64,000 bases of DNA, from positions 64,001-128,000 of the IMG/VR virus record IMGVR_UViG_3300008954_000003; one strand, 5' to 3'. Of this stretch, positions 28,214 to 38,382 are shown piece by piece. Every line of letters starts with the position of its first letter. Within the stretch, counting starts at the first letter, position 1. The stretch comes from a virus. The translations under genes and the position numbers were made by a program. The notes under the pieces are model-generated. The model did no database searches. It saw nothing but the letters and a program-made list of their open reading frames with translations, and was not told the DNA's origin.

Positions 28214-29953
28214 ATGGCTACAATCGTTGAAGCATTAACTCGCGATATCGTAGAACGAGATCTCAGAAAGGAAAGTTCCGCTTTGGTAAAGAAGTGGGAA
28301 AACACTGGTCTTTTGGAGAGTATCGGTACGGAGCGAGATAGAGTTAACATGAGCTTATTGCTCGAAAACCAAGCAAAGCAGCTACTTCGCGAAGCTTCCA
28401 CTATGAGTGGTGGCGATGTTGAAGGCTTTGCCAGCGTGGCTTTTCCGATCGTGCGTCGAGTATTTGGTGGTCTAATCGCGAATGAATTAGTCTCCGTGCA
28501 ACCCATGAGTTTGCCGTCAGGACTAATCTTTTTCCTAGACTTCACCTTTACAAACACACGTTTGAAAGGCAGCGTTGCTGGCGAGTCACTGTATGGTGGC
28601 GGTGTTGTTGGTCAGCAGCTCACTGGTGGTATCTCACTATCCAATGACAATGCTGAAAAGAGTTTCTACAACTTGAACAACGCTTACTCTTCACCAACAT
28701 CGAGTACAGGTGTTTCTGTTGCTGTTGTCGCGTCAGCCTCGGCTGGTTCAACATGGTCAGGAACTGCCGCGTATACGGCTCTTGGTGATAAACTGATTCA
28801 GTATGACCCTGACTTGGTAGCGAACAGCACAAATGTTGCTGTCGGTATCTTCTCAAAGGCCAACCTGACATCAAATCAGTGGAACGCTGATAACTACGTT
28901 GCGATTTCCGGTAACATTTCCGGTGATGAAAAACAGGGCGGAACTCAGGTACGTCGTCTAACAAAGGATGACACCGTTGACACAAGCAAGGTCCTTATGG
29001 TGCTTGCTGCAACAGGTTCAGAAACTGTTGATGACCTCTCTGCGTCACTCGCTGCGGTTAACAACCTTCACTTCCCAATTGACGACAAGTTCGCCACAGC
29101 GGGTGCTCATGCACTTGGTGCGGTTGCCGGTCGTGAAATCTGGGGTCTTGAAGAGGCGACACAGGAAAGCGATGGCGATCGCGATGTTGACTTCATTCCT
29201 GAAATCGATATCAAGGTCGACTCACTGTCGGTCACAGCGATCTCCAAGAAGCTTAAGGCGAAATGGACTCCCGAGCTTGCTCAGGACCTGAATGCCTATC
29301 ACAATCTCGATGCCGAGGTTGAGCTTACATCGATCCTGTCAGAGCAGATTGCTCTGGAAATCGATCAAGAGATCCTTGAGGATCTGGTGAAGAAGGCAAC
29401 AGGTGCAACTCTGTACTGGTCACGCCACCCTGGCAAGTTCCTGAACAGAGAATCCGGTGCTGATATCACATCAGCGACGGCACCACCTGACTACACTGGT
29501 GACGTGAGCAAGTGGTACGAAACATTGCTGGAAACAGTTAATGATGCGTCCGCTCGTATCCACAGAAAGACATTGCGCGGAGGTGCAAACTTCCTCGTGT
29601 GTTCACCAGAAGTGGCAAGCATCCTTGAGATGACAAGCGGTTTCCGTGCGACAGTTAACCTTGAAGAAATGAAGGGTTCGTCAGCGGGTGCGGTAAAGGT
29701 TGGTACACTCTCACGCAAGTGGGACGTGTTCGTCAATCCTTACTTCATGCGTAACGTTATCCTGATTGGACGTAAGGGAAGCTCGTTCCTGGAGAGTGGA
29801 TATGTATACGCACCTTATGTGCCGCTACAGACCACACCAACAATCTTCGGTGTTGAAGACTTCGTGCCCCGTAAGGGCGTGATGACCAGATACGCCAAGA
29901 AGATGGTTCGACCTGATATGTACGGTCTGGTTATTGTTCGAGACTTGGTATAA
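28214..29953 (+). CDS. major capsid protein (T4 gp23-like) with large insertion domain
   Basis: KW..TGLLE, LLENQ, P.VRRVF..LIANELVSVQPMSLPSGLIFFLDF, LKAKWTPELAQDLNAYH.LDAE.EL, YAPYVPL, F.PRKG.MTRYA. Confidence 0.97.
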   Translation: MATIVEALTRDIVERDLRKESSALVKKWENTGLLESIGTERDRVNMSLLLENQAKQLLREASTMSGGDVEGFASVAFPIVRRVFGGLIANELVSVQPMSLPSGLIFFLDFTFTNTRLKGSVAGESLYGGGVVGQQLTGGISLSNDNAEKSFYNLNNAYSSPTSSTGVSVAVVASASAGSTWSGTAAYTALGDKLIQYDPDLVANSTNVAVGIFSKANLTSNQWNADNYVAISGNISGDEKQGGTQVRRLTKDDTVDTSKVLMVLAATGSETVDDLSASLAAVNNLHFPIDDKFATAGAHALGAVAGREIWGLEEATQESDGDRDVDFIPEIDIKVDSLSVTAISKKLKAKWTPELAQDLNAYHNLDAEVELTSILSEQIALEIDQEILEDLVKKATGATLYWSRHPGKFLNRESGADITSATAPPDYTGDVSKWYETLLETVNDASARIHRKTLRGGANFLVCSPEVASILEMTSGFRATVNLEEMKGSSAGAVKVGTLSRKWDVFVNPYFMRNVILIGRKGSSFLESGYVYAPYVPLQTTPTIFGVEDFVPRKGVMTRYAKKMVRPDMYGLVIVRDLV

Positions 29954-29980
29954 GCCAAGACTTAGCATAAGCTAAAAAAG

Positions 29981-30014
29981 AAACGACCTTGGTTCGCCAA
30001 GGTCGTTTCCTTTT
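29981..30014 (+). terminator. intrinsic terminator after MCP (possibly bidirectional)
   Basis: AAACGACCTTGG-TTCG-CCAAGGTCGTTT stem with UUCG loop, downstream TTTCCTTTT and upstream A tract. Confidence 0.9.
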
Positions 30015-30021
30015 ATGATAT

Positions 30022-30030
30022 TCTAGTTAC
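30022..30030 (+). promoter_or_regulatory. putative late promoter TCTAGTTAC (leaderless transcript)
   Basis: CTAGTTA 5 nt before ATG 30035; no SD. Confidence 0.55.
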
Positions 30031-30034
30031 TATG

Positions 30035-31496
30035 ATGCCAAAAGTTATCGTTGAAATTGAAGAAAAAGAATATAAGAAAGCTCAAAAGTTTCTTGAATTG
30101 GGGATCAAAGAGCGAAATTACGAAAAAGCTTTCAATGGAAAGTGGCGTGTTGCCATACCATTCAAAGGTGAAGACGTAAGAATCCGTCGTATGGTTAATC
30201 TTCTTGAGTTTATCGGGTTTGATGTAGACCTTAAAAGTGGTAAGATCTCAAAAAACGGTTCAAACAAAAAAAGGCGGTCAACAAAAGAAGGTACTTAAAA
30301 TTGGCAAATATCTCAATAAGCTGGTCAGGCTTATGAAGCGCCTAGAAGACTCTTATAGTGAATATGCACAATACTTACGCCAAACTTTTTATTCTGCCGA
30401 AGAAGACAGAAAACATGTAGAAGGGTCAAAAGCTTTATACGATGTCTATCGAAAGAATGAAGAAGTTGTTGTTAATGCCGTGTTTGGCGCTCATCAAATT
30501 GCCGATATGCATGATTCGTCGACTATTAAGCTGTATCTCGATCACTGGAACAAGATTTCACAAAAAGTTATGGCAGGCGCAAAAGACCTGGGCAGCACAA
30601 CACATGCAATAATCTTTTCAAGACACCCGGTTGACGTTATGAGAATGTCAGACCATCCAGAAGCAAGCATTGGTAGCTGTCATGGGCCACAAGGTAATTA
30701 TTTTATTTGTGCAATGGATGAAGCTGCTGCACAAGGAGTTTTGGCTTATCTTGTAAGCTCTGATGATTTTGAAAAAATTGATCTTGATTCAAACGAAATT
30801 TTTAAAGATCGCGATCGTGGGATTGAAGGGATTTCACCTATTGCGAGGATTCGCTTGAGAGTATTCAGGGATGTGGATGAAAACATAAGCTTTATAGCCC
30901 CAGAAAAGAGGACGTATCCAAGGGCATATCCCAATTTCTTAGAAGAGGTGACGAAATGGGCGTGGCAAAACCAACAATCTTTGTTCAAAGAAAGGCTTCC
31001 AAACGACAATGCTCTTGAACTCGTTGGTGGGAACTATAGAGACACAGATGATCATGTGATATTGAATGATTTTTTTAAAAAAAGTGAATTGTTTGAAGAT
31101 TTCGGCGAGTATTACATAAATGAACACCCTATAAGCAGTTATGAACAGGTGGCGAGGGTAGAAGAAGATGGAGATGTTTACATCAGACGCGATCATTATC
31201 GCGGTGATATAGAGTTTTTTAAAAACAATGCTTTACACCGTGAAGACGGCCCAGCTTGTGAATATGCAGACGGCGAAAAGCGATGGTATATAAACGACAA
31301 ACTTCACCGTGAAGACGGCCCAGCCGTTGCATATGCAGACGGCACTAAGGAATGGTGGTTATGGGGTGCGCCTATGCCAAAAAATCGTTATTTGATACGA
31401 CTAAAAGGAATCGCCAACGGTAGAACCATAGATGATCCCCAACTTCAAGAGTCAGCCAAAAGAAGAGGTATTGTCATAACTCTGTTCAAAGGGTAA
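30035..31496 (+). CDS. probably one ~486-aa protein split by a +1 frameshift in an A run; C-terminal HREDGPA repeats
   Basis: ORFs 30032-30298 and 30237-31496 overlap across A6 (30250-30255) and A7 (30266-30272); the second ORF has a GTG start without SD; SRHPVDVMRMSD..SCH core. Confidence 0.55.
31235..31343 (+). repeat. two 66-bp-period repeats encoding LHREDGPA..YADG.K.W
   Basis: CACCGTGAAGACGGCCCAGC...ATATGCAGACGGC repeated. Confidence 0.85.
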
Positions 31497-31503
31497 TCTC
31501 ACA

Positions 31504-31512
31504 ACTATTTAT
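31504..31512 (+). promoter_or_regulatory. putative late promoter ACTATTTAT
   Basis: Intergenic before the neck gene. Confidence 0.7.
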
Positions 31513-31538
31513 TTTAGCAAAGAGAGGGTATACCATAA

Positions 31539-32786
31539 ATGAGTTGTTTGACAAGCCTGGACCCAACAAGCAAAACATCAGCGATATTGCTATCGGCGTC
31601 TGCAACACCAGCGCAAGCAGGAAACTTTTCATTTCCGTTTTCAGTTTATTCGGGGAACAATTATTTTTTAAGCGGTGCAGCAGAGCAGGTTGCATACACA
31701 TACAAGAAACTTGGAGGCGATAGCCTTGGTATCGAAATCAAGAATGAAAATGTTTATGCCGCATATGAAGAGGCCGTTCTTGAATACTCATACATAATCA
31801 ACGTTCACCAATCAAAGAACGCTTTACCTGTGATGCTTGGAAACACAACAGCAAGCTTTGATCACCGAGGACAAGTCATAAGCACGGAAAGCCTCGTTTC
31901 AGCAAGTGTTGAGCTTCGCTATCCAAGATTTGAAATGCCACAACCAATGCGTGTTGGCAAGGGTCTTGGTAAAGAGGCTTCTGTTGGAGGCGAAGTTCGC
32001 TATTATTCAGCATCATTTTCACCGACAGCGAGCCAACAAGATTATGACCTTCAGACTCTTATTTCAAGTTCGAATAAAAATCTTGATATTGGGAATAAAA
32101 AGATTGTTATTCGTGACATGTATTATCGGACACCAAGATCCATGTGGAGGTTCTTTGCATACTATGGAGCACTGAACGTTATTGGAAACCTTCATGACTA
32201 TGGTCAGTATAGTGATGAATCTTCATATGAGGTTGTGCCTGCTTGGCAGAACAAACTGCAAGCCATGGCTTACGAAGACAGTTTGTATACAAGAATTTCA
32301 CATTATTCATATGATATTGTGAACAACAGGTTGAGATTGTTCCCAACACCGGGAACACACTCACCGGACAAATTCTTTTTAAGGTTTTATATTCCGCAGG
32401 ATGCGTGGGTTGAAGAGGATGATCGCCAAAGAGGCGGTCGTGGCGTAAACAACATGAACACGTTGCCATTTGCAAATATTCCATATAACAATATCAACGC
32501 TATTGGGAAGCAGTGGGTTCGAAGATATACTCTTGCACTTGTTAAAGAGACGCTTGGCCTTGTTCGAAGTCGTTTCGGGACGATCCCCATCCCAGGAGAT
32601 TCGGTTACTCAAAACGGTGCGGAACTTATATCGAGTGCCAAAGAAGAACAAAAAGCTTTGAGAGACGAACTCAAAGAAATCCTTGATGAACTGACGTACA
32701 GCAAGATAACAGAAACGAATGCTGATATGGCAGACAAAACAAAGGATGCCTTAAGAGCAGCGCCACTGCCAATCTTTGTGGGGTAA
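31539..32786 (+). CDS. neck protein (T4 gp13-like)
   Basis: KLGG....IEI, QWVRRYTLALVKETLG.VRSRFGTIPIPG..VT.NG.EL. Confidence 0.8.
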   Translation: MSCLTSLDPTSKTSAILLSASATPAQAGNFSFPFSVYSGNNYFLSGAAEQVAYTYKKLGGDSLGIEIKNENVYAAYEEAVLEYSYIINVHQSKNALPVMLGNTTASFDHRGQVISTESLVSASVELRYPRFEMPQPMRVGKGLGKEASVGGEVRYYSASFSPTASQQDYDLQTLISSSNKNLDIGNKKIVIRDMYYRTPRSMWRFFAYYGALNVIGNLHDYGQYSDESSYEVVPAWQNKLQAMAYEDSLYTRISHYSYDIVNNRLRLFPTPGTHSPDKFFLRFYIPQDAWVEEDDRQRGGRGVNNMNTLPFANIPYNNINAIGKQWVRRYTLALVKETLGLVRSRFGTIPIPGDSVTQNGAELISSAKEEQKALRDELKEILDELTYSKITETNADMADKTKDALRAAPLPIFVG

Positions 32787-32789
32787 CAG

Positions 32790-33272
32790 ATGGGAACTTT
32801 TAAAACACCGGATCATCCGCCACCATCCTTGTTTATAAACAAACAAGAGGTTGACTATGTTAAACAAGTTAACGATGAGGTGATTGAAGGAGTCGTTGGG
32901 CAGACAGTTTTATATTTTCCATTAAGTATTGAAAAGACAAACTACCACCCTGTTTATGGGGAGGCGATTGAAAAGACATACCTCAGCCCTATCAGAGTTT
33001 ACGCCCTTGTTTCACTGGATGAATATGGAACGGAAACAGCAGAAATCGGTGTGGATAAAAAATCTTCAATAACCGTCCATTTTCACAAAAGACGCCTAAC
33101 AGAAGATCAAAACCTGTTTGTTCGGGAAGGAGACTTTGTTCAGTATGGCGAGATATATTATGAAATCGTTACTTTAAGTGAACCAAAGCAGCTATTTGGA
33201 AAGCCAACACAAAGATTTGAAATTTCAGCGAAGTGCATCAGAGCGCGGGATGGCAAGTTTAATGCGGGATAA
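32790..33272 (+). CDS. head-closure/neck protein (gp14-like)
   Basis: GQTVLYF, YGEA..K, VREGDFV.YGE.YYEI; synteny. Confidence 0.7.
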   Translation: MGTFKTPDHPPPSLFINKQEVDYVKQVNDEVIEGVVGQTVLYFPLSIEKTNYHPVYGEAIEKTYLSPIRVYALVSLDEYGTETAEIGVDKKSSITVHFHKRRLTEDQNLFVREGDFVQYGEIYYEIVTLSEPKQLFGKPTQRFEISAKCIRARDGKFNAG

Positions 33273-33278
33273 TGAAGT

Positions 33279-34109
33279 ATGACGAGAAGAATTATAAACA
33301 CAAGACCCTCGACCATTGAAACGGTTGATTCCGCTTTGTTTAATTGGTTGACGAAAGAACTCAAGCTTGGGACCACGACAAACAAAGGTTTTAAGGAAAC
33401 ACCCGTTCTTTGGATTTCAGCAGAGAGAGCGTTTCACGTCAAAATGAACCAAGAGCTTCGTGAAATTCGCGCAGATTCAATTGTGTTGCCGGTCATCACT
33501 GTTGAGAGAACAATAGTGGACAAAACAAGCGCGGATAAAAGACCAATACCTGCAAACGTGAGGCCGGTTAATGATTTTAGGGGTGGTGCGATAACATTCG
33601 CAAAAAGAATCAATCAGGTTAAGACGAGAAACTTCGCGAATGCTGATGCAAGACGTGTTCATGGACAATATAATTTCCCTTATAAAAACAATAAGATCGT
33701 TTATCAACATGTTTCAATTCCGTACCCTGTTTATCTCGACATGACGTATAAGATTAAGTTGAGGACAGAATACCTCCAACAGCTTAACGAGCTTTTAACT
33801 CCATTTCACACAGTGACAGGTGGAATCAACAGAATCATTATAAAACATGATGGTTTTCGTTATGAAGCGTTTATTGAACCAAGCTCTTCTCTTGAGGTGA
33901 ACGCAGCTTCTCTTGGTGAAGCAGAAAAGAAATATAGTTCCGACATTACAGTAAAAGTACTTGGTTTCGTTTCAAGTGATGGCGAAAACCAAGTTAAACC
34001 AAACGTTGTTATAAGAGAAAACACTGTGCAACTTCGTTTTCAAAGAGAGCGAGTTATTGTCGGGGATGAAAATATCCTGAATTCAAACGATGAACCGTTC
34101 CGGTCATAA
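33279..34109 (+). CDS. tail terminator/sheath stabiliser (gp15-like)
   Basis: IETVD.A, PVLW..AER, LPVITVER, P.Y.D.TY; precedes sheath. Confidence 0.7.
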   Translation: MTRRIINTRPSTIETVDSALFNWLTKELKLGTTTNKGFKETPVLWISAERAFHVKMNQELREIRADSIVLPVITVERTIVDKTSADKRPIPANVRPVNDFRGGAITFAKRINQVKTRNFANADARRVHGQYNFPYKNNKIVYQHVSIPYPVYLDMTYKIKLRTEYLQQLNELLTPFHTVTGGINRIIIKHDGFRYEAFIEPSSSLEVNAASLGEAEKKYSSDITVKVLGFVSSDGENQVKPNVVIRENTVQLRFQRERVIVGDENILNSNDEPFRS

Positions 34110-34128
34110 GACTTTAGGTAATTTGCAA

Positions 34129-34137
34129 ACTATTTAT
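34129..34137 (+). promoter_or_regulatory. putative late promoter ACTATTTAT
   Basis: Intergenic before tail sheath. Confidence 0.7.
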
Positions 34138-34171
34138 CATAGTAAACACCTATTCTTGGGAGCAAAATAGA

Positions 34172-37100
34172 ATGGCAGAATCAGCAAAGAACTTTAAATT
34201 TATATCCCCAGGTATCAAGATTCTTGAGATCGATCGGTCACAAATCCCGGCAAGGCCGGAAGCCGTTGGTCCACTAATTATTGGTCGTGCCCGCAGAGGA
34301 CCAGCTTTTAAGCCAGTCAAGATAAGCTCGTTTTCCGAGTTTGTTGAGATCTTTGGTGAACCCGTTGCTGGTGGCGAAAATAACGATGTATGGCGTGATG
34401 GAAACTTTACTTCCCCAATGTATGGCCCGTATGCTGTTCAGGCATGGTTGAAAAATGGTGAAGTCTGTTCATACATGAGAGTTCTTGGTGATGCAGACAG
34501 CAAAGCAACAACCGACGCAGGAAAAGCAGGTTGGAAAACTGGTGCAATCGACGGCCAGGGTAATACTGGTGGAGCTTATGGCCTCTTTGTGTTCCCATCA
34601 TCGAGTGCCGGCCAGGCTGCCGCACTTTCAGGCTCACTTGCAGCCGTTTGGTATATGAGTGAAGGCGCTCCGATCTTGTCAGGTTCATTATATGGAACAG
34701 CATCTGCCGGAACACAGAATAAGGTTGGTGCGGGAACAAGCCATTTTATTGTAAGTGATACAAATGGTAACTTCACAATGCAGTTCTCAGGTTCGTCAGA
34801 TCTTCCTTACAATCCTGAGATTGAAGATACCAAGCTGAAATTCAGTCTAAATAAAGACAAAGGAAACTTTATCCGCAAGGTGTTTAACACAGACCCAACA
34901 CTTCTTAATCGAAAAGACTCTGATAGTGGTCTTGTTAAGTATTTCCTTGGTGAGACATTTGAAAACACATACAATGACGCAAATTACTTCACAGCGTCGA
35001 CAGGTCAAGAAACAGGAACGCAAGTTGGTGTTGTCCTTGGCTTGGCAAACGCTTTAAATGCGTTGAATCACAGTGTCAATCAGAGAAGAGCGTTGCAAAG
35101 CAACTCTCTTCCGAAGACGGGCTGGTTCTTCACACAGCATTTAAGCACAGATGCCTCAAGTTTCAATTCGACAACAGGTTCATTCTTTGCAGATGGTACT
35201 GCAAAGAAACTGTTCAGATTTGTCGGGCTTGACACTGGTGAGTGGATACAGAACAACCTTAAGATTGCCGTGACAAACATCCAGTTTTCAAAGAATGAGG
35301 ATGTTGATCCTTATGGTACATTTGATGTTGTCGTGAGAAAACTGGAAGATACCGATGATAATCAAAAAATCGTTGAGAAGTTCACGCAGTGCAATCTCAA
35401 TAGGAACTCTGAAAACTTCATTCTCAATAAGATTGGTGACAAGTACACTGATTGGGACTCTGTGAGAAAGCGTACAATTGAATATGGTTCATACCAGAAT
35501 CGTTCAAAGTATGTTCGTGTTGAGGTGAACCCTGAATACGAAGCGGGTTTTGATCCGACACATGTTCCGTTTGGTTTCACAGGTCCTACAAAATATAAGG
35601 ACGTTTATGTCCGTAATAATGGCGAGTTTGATGCAAGATCGTTCCAAGACTCTGAAAATGCAAATGCAGGAAGACGAATGGTTGAACTTGGAACAGACAT
35701 TGCTGCGAGCAACGCTGTAACTGTTATCACAGGAGCTTCTTACATTCCGCCGTTGAGAATCGTATTCCCTGAAGCGCCAATTCGTTCAACAACATCGACG
35801 TTGAGCACTCCGAAGATTGCACACTGGGGAGTTCAGCCGACGCCTGATGGAACAAACACGTTTAAGGAAGACGTAAGAGATCTTTTGCGTGCGAAGCCAA
35901 ATGGGATTTCGAATCACGACCCCGATAATTACACAAAGTATCAGTGGATTGTCTCCCTTGACAACCTTGCGTATGCAGGTGCAGATAATATCCTCGATCT
36001 TGATTACGAGAGCGGCTCAAAGGGCCTTGGAACAATTGTTTATTCAACCGCTTCAAGAAATATTGGGTTCTCAATCACTGCAACGGGAACACTGCCAAGC
36101 GATTTCCCAGACAGAAGCAACGTTCAGGCTTCATATAAAGCGCCGTTGGTTCTTGGACTTGGAAACCTTATTTCACCATTCTATGGCGGAACAGACGGAT
36201 TCGACATCAAAGATTCAGATCCACTGAGCAACCAAGGGTTTAATTCTTCACCAACACTGCTTAATGACCAGCAGTACTTCACTCTGCGAAGAGCGATTGA
36301 TGCCGTGAAGAATCCTGAAGTTGCAGAGTACAACATTGTTGCCATTCCGGGTTTGACAAATGTGAGCTTGAACAAGTCTCTCATAACAAACACAGAAGAG
36401 CGTGCAGACGCTTTGGCGATTATTGATGTCGACAAGGGATATATCCCACCGCATGAGTATCTGTATGACAGCTCATTGGCTTTGTCTATGGGTGATGTTT
36501 CCGATGCACAGTTGGACCACAGAGACAACAAATATAACTCAAGTTATGGTGCGGCCTACTACCCATGGGTTCAGGTCCGCGACTCTGTGAGCAACAAAAA
36601 TATCTGGATGCCACCATCAATTGCCGCAATTGGTGCAATGGCCTATACAGATAGAGTTCAGGCTCCATGGTTTGCGCCAGCAGGCTTCAATCGTGGTGGT
36701 TTGTCAAGCGGTGTTGCAGGCTTGCCTGTGAACAATGTCGCCCTGAAGTTGTTTGCTGATGATCGTGATGACCTTTACGCGGTTAATCTTAACCCGATTG
36801 CCTCATTCCCGAACGAGGGTGTTGTAATCTTTGGTCAGAAGACTTTGGCAGCACAAGCAAGTGCGCTTGATCGCATTAACGTTCGAAGACTCCTTATTTT
36901 CTTGAAGAGAGGGATTACACGAATTGCAAATACGGTTTTGTTTGACCAAAACGTCCAGGATACATGGAATAGGTTCACAAGTCAGGCCGAACCGTTCTTG
37001 GCAGATGTCAAAGCAAGATTTGGTTTGACAGATTATCGACTCATTTTGGATGAATCGACAACGACACCTGATTTGATCGATCAGAATATCATGTATGCGA

Positions 37101-37186
37101 AGGTTTTCTTGAAGCCGGCGCGGGCGATTGAATTTATCGCAATTGATTTCTTTATCACCAACACAGGAGCTAGTTTCTCAGATTGA
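34172..37186 (+). CDS. contractile tail sheath protein
   Basis: FISPGI...EIDRS, YYPWV, PPS, WFAPAGFNRG, GQKTL, LDRINVRRLL, KPARAIEFI. Confidence 0.96.
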   Translation: MAESAKNFKFISPGIKILEIDRSQIPARPEAVGPLIIGRARRGPAFKPVKISSFSEFVEIFGEPVAGGENNDVWRDGNFTSPMYGPYAVQAWLKNGEVCSYMRVLGDADSKATTDAGKAGWKTGAIDGQGNTGGAYGLFVFPSSSAGQAAALSGSLAAVWYMSEGAPILSGSLYGTASAGTQNKVGAGTSHFIVSDTNGNFTMQFSGSSDLPYNPEIEDTKLKFSLNKDKGNFIRKVFNTDPTLLNRKDSDSGLVKYFLGETFENTYNDANYFTASTGQETGTQVGVVLGLANALNALNHSVNQRRALQSNSLPKTGWFFTQHLSTDASSFNSTTGSFFADGTAKKLFRFVGLDTGEWIQNNLKIAVTNIQFSKNEDVDPYGTFDVVVRKLEDTDDNQKIVEKFTQCNLNRNSENFILNKIGDKYTDWDSVRKRTIEYGSYQNRSKYVRVEVNPEYEAGFDPTHVPFGFTGPTKYKDVYVRNNGEFDARSFQDSENANAGRRMVELGTDIAASNAVTVITGASYIPPLRIVFPEAPIRSTTSTLSTPKIAHWGVQPTPDGTNTFKEDVRDLLRAKPNGISNHDPDNYTKYQWIVSLDNLAYAGADNILDLDYESGSKGLGTIVYSTASRNIGFSITATGTLPSDFPDRSNVQASYKAPLVLGLGNLISPFYGGTDGFDIKDSDPLSNQGFNSSPTLLNDQQYFTLRRAIDAVKNPEVAEYNIVAIPGLTNVSLNKSLITNTEERADALAIIDVDKGYIPPHEYLYDSSLALSMGDVSDAQLDHRDNKYNSSYGAAYYPWVQVRDSVSNKNIWMPPSIAAIGAMAYTDRVQAPWFAPAGFNRGGLSSGVAGLPVNNVALKLFADDRDDLYAVNLNPIASFPNEGVVIFGQKTLAAQASALDRINVRRLLIFLKRGITRIANTVLFDQNVQDTWNRFTSQAEPFLADVKARFGLTDYRLILDESTTTPDLIDQNIMYAKVFLKPARAIEFIAIDFFITNTGASFSD

Positions 37187-37187
37187 G

Positions 37188-37197
37188 TCTAGTTATA
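37188..37197 (+). promoter_or_regulatory. putative late promoter TCTAGTTATA
   Basis: Intergenic before tail tube; SD AAGGAG follows. Confidence 0.65.
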
Positions 37198-37215
37198 ACA
37201 AGGAGAGTACAATAG

Positions 37216-37737
37216 ATGCCTACACCAATTTGGTCGCCACAAGCAGAGCCTAAGCGTAAATATGAATTTATTTTGAGATTGGCTGATATCCCAGTCGCTG
37301 TGATTGTATCGACGAACAGACCAAAAATGACGATATCAGATGCAGCGAATCACAAATTCCTTGTTCACACTTTTAAATTCCCAGGACAGGTTACATGGAA
37401 CGACATCACAATCAAACTTGTCGATCTTGTTGATCTTGATGCCTCAAAGAGGTTGCTCGATGTTGTTCGTGGAGCGGGTTATGTTTTGCCAGGAGATTTC
37501 AGCCCCAACGCTTCAGATGAAAACTATCTTCGAAAGACTCTTTCGAAGAGAAGCGCTGTGAACAGCCTTGGTCTTGTTACGATTGAGACAATTGATTCGG
37601 AAGGAATCACTGTTGAAACATGGAAACTTCACAATGCATGGGTCAAGGACATTGATTTTGACGAGGCAAGCTACACAGACGAAACACTTCTTAATCTTAC
37701 ATTGGTGCTTTCGTATGACTGGGCAGACATTGTATAA
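37216..37737 (+). CDS. tail tube protein (gp19-like)
   Basis: EPKRKYEF, FPGQVTWNDITI, ETWKLHNAWV, YDWA. Confidence 0.88.
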   Translation: MPTPIWSPQAEPKRKYEFILRLADIPVAVIVSTNRPKMTISDAANHKFLVHTFKFPGQVTWNDITIKLVDLVDLDASKRLLDVVRGAGYVLPGDFSPNASDENYLRKTLSKRSAVNSLGLVTIETIDSEGITVETWKLHNAWVKDIDFDEASYTDETLLNLTLVLSYDWADIV

Positions 37738-37744
37738 ATAAGAG

Positions 37745-38371
37745 ATGCCAATATTTGGATTTGAACCACCCTCAATTGTTTCAAGACTTTTAAAAAGAAA
37801 AGAAATTAAACAAGCCCCCTTGTTTTCAAGGGATATGTTCATGGATGCTCAACAAGAGCATCGTTTTCTTTTGAGATTGGACGGAATACCAGCGGCGTTT
37901 ATGACAAGCGCCGATCGCCCAAGTTATAAAATTGATGTTCAAGAAGAGGTCCTTTTGGGACACACATTAAGGTTCCCAAAGAGCGTGGTTTGGAATCCTG
38001 TAAAAGTCACAATGCATGAAATCTACACCCCAGCAGCTTTTGGCTCTGTTATGTCAAATATGATGAGCAAGTTGTTTGACATCGGGTATACACAACCACA
38101 CAATGCAGAATCAACAGAAGAACGTTTTCTTTCCAAAGAAAACTTAACATTGGCAGCCGGTGTTGTGATAATTGAATCGCTAAGTGAAGACGGAAGTGTT
38201 CATGAATCGTGGAAACTTCACAACCCCATGTTCACAGACGTTACTCCAAGCGCGCTTAAGTATGATGGAGATGCCTTGACAACAATTAGTGCCACAATAA
38301 CATACGATTGGGCAGAATTCCTTTATAAAGGAGTTTCTGGTCAGGGTGGCAGCTTCACAATTAACTTCTAA
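37745..38371 (+). CDS. second tail tube paralog
   Basis: HRFLL, FPKSVVWNPV, ESWKLHNP, ITYDWA. Confidence 0.8.
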   Translation: MPIFGFEPPSIVSRLLKRKEIKQAPLFSRDMFMDAQQEHRFLLRLDGIPAAFMTSADRPSYKIDVQEEVLLGHTLRFPKSVVWNPVKVTMHEIYTPAAFGSVMSNMMSKLFDIGYTQPHNAESTEERFLSKENLTLAAGVVIIESLSEDGSVHESWKLHNPMFTDVTPSALKYDGDALTTISATITYDWAEFLYKGVSGQGGSFTINF

Positions 38372-38382
38372 TAAGAGGAAAC

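Noticed and set aside
31235-31343. HREDGPA repeats as a diversity-generating retroelement template/variable pair
   Set aside because: Both copies are in frame in one gene, differences are not confined to adenines, and there is no reverse transcriptase in the window
34273-34281. ACTAATTAT inside the sheath gene as a late promoter
   Set aside because: It lies 100 nt into a gene that already has an upstream copy, with no nearby downstream start; likely chance
37733-37740. TATAAATA, an exact T4 late promoter
   Set aside because: It overlaps a stop codon, and this orientation does not recur at the other late operons
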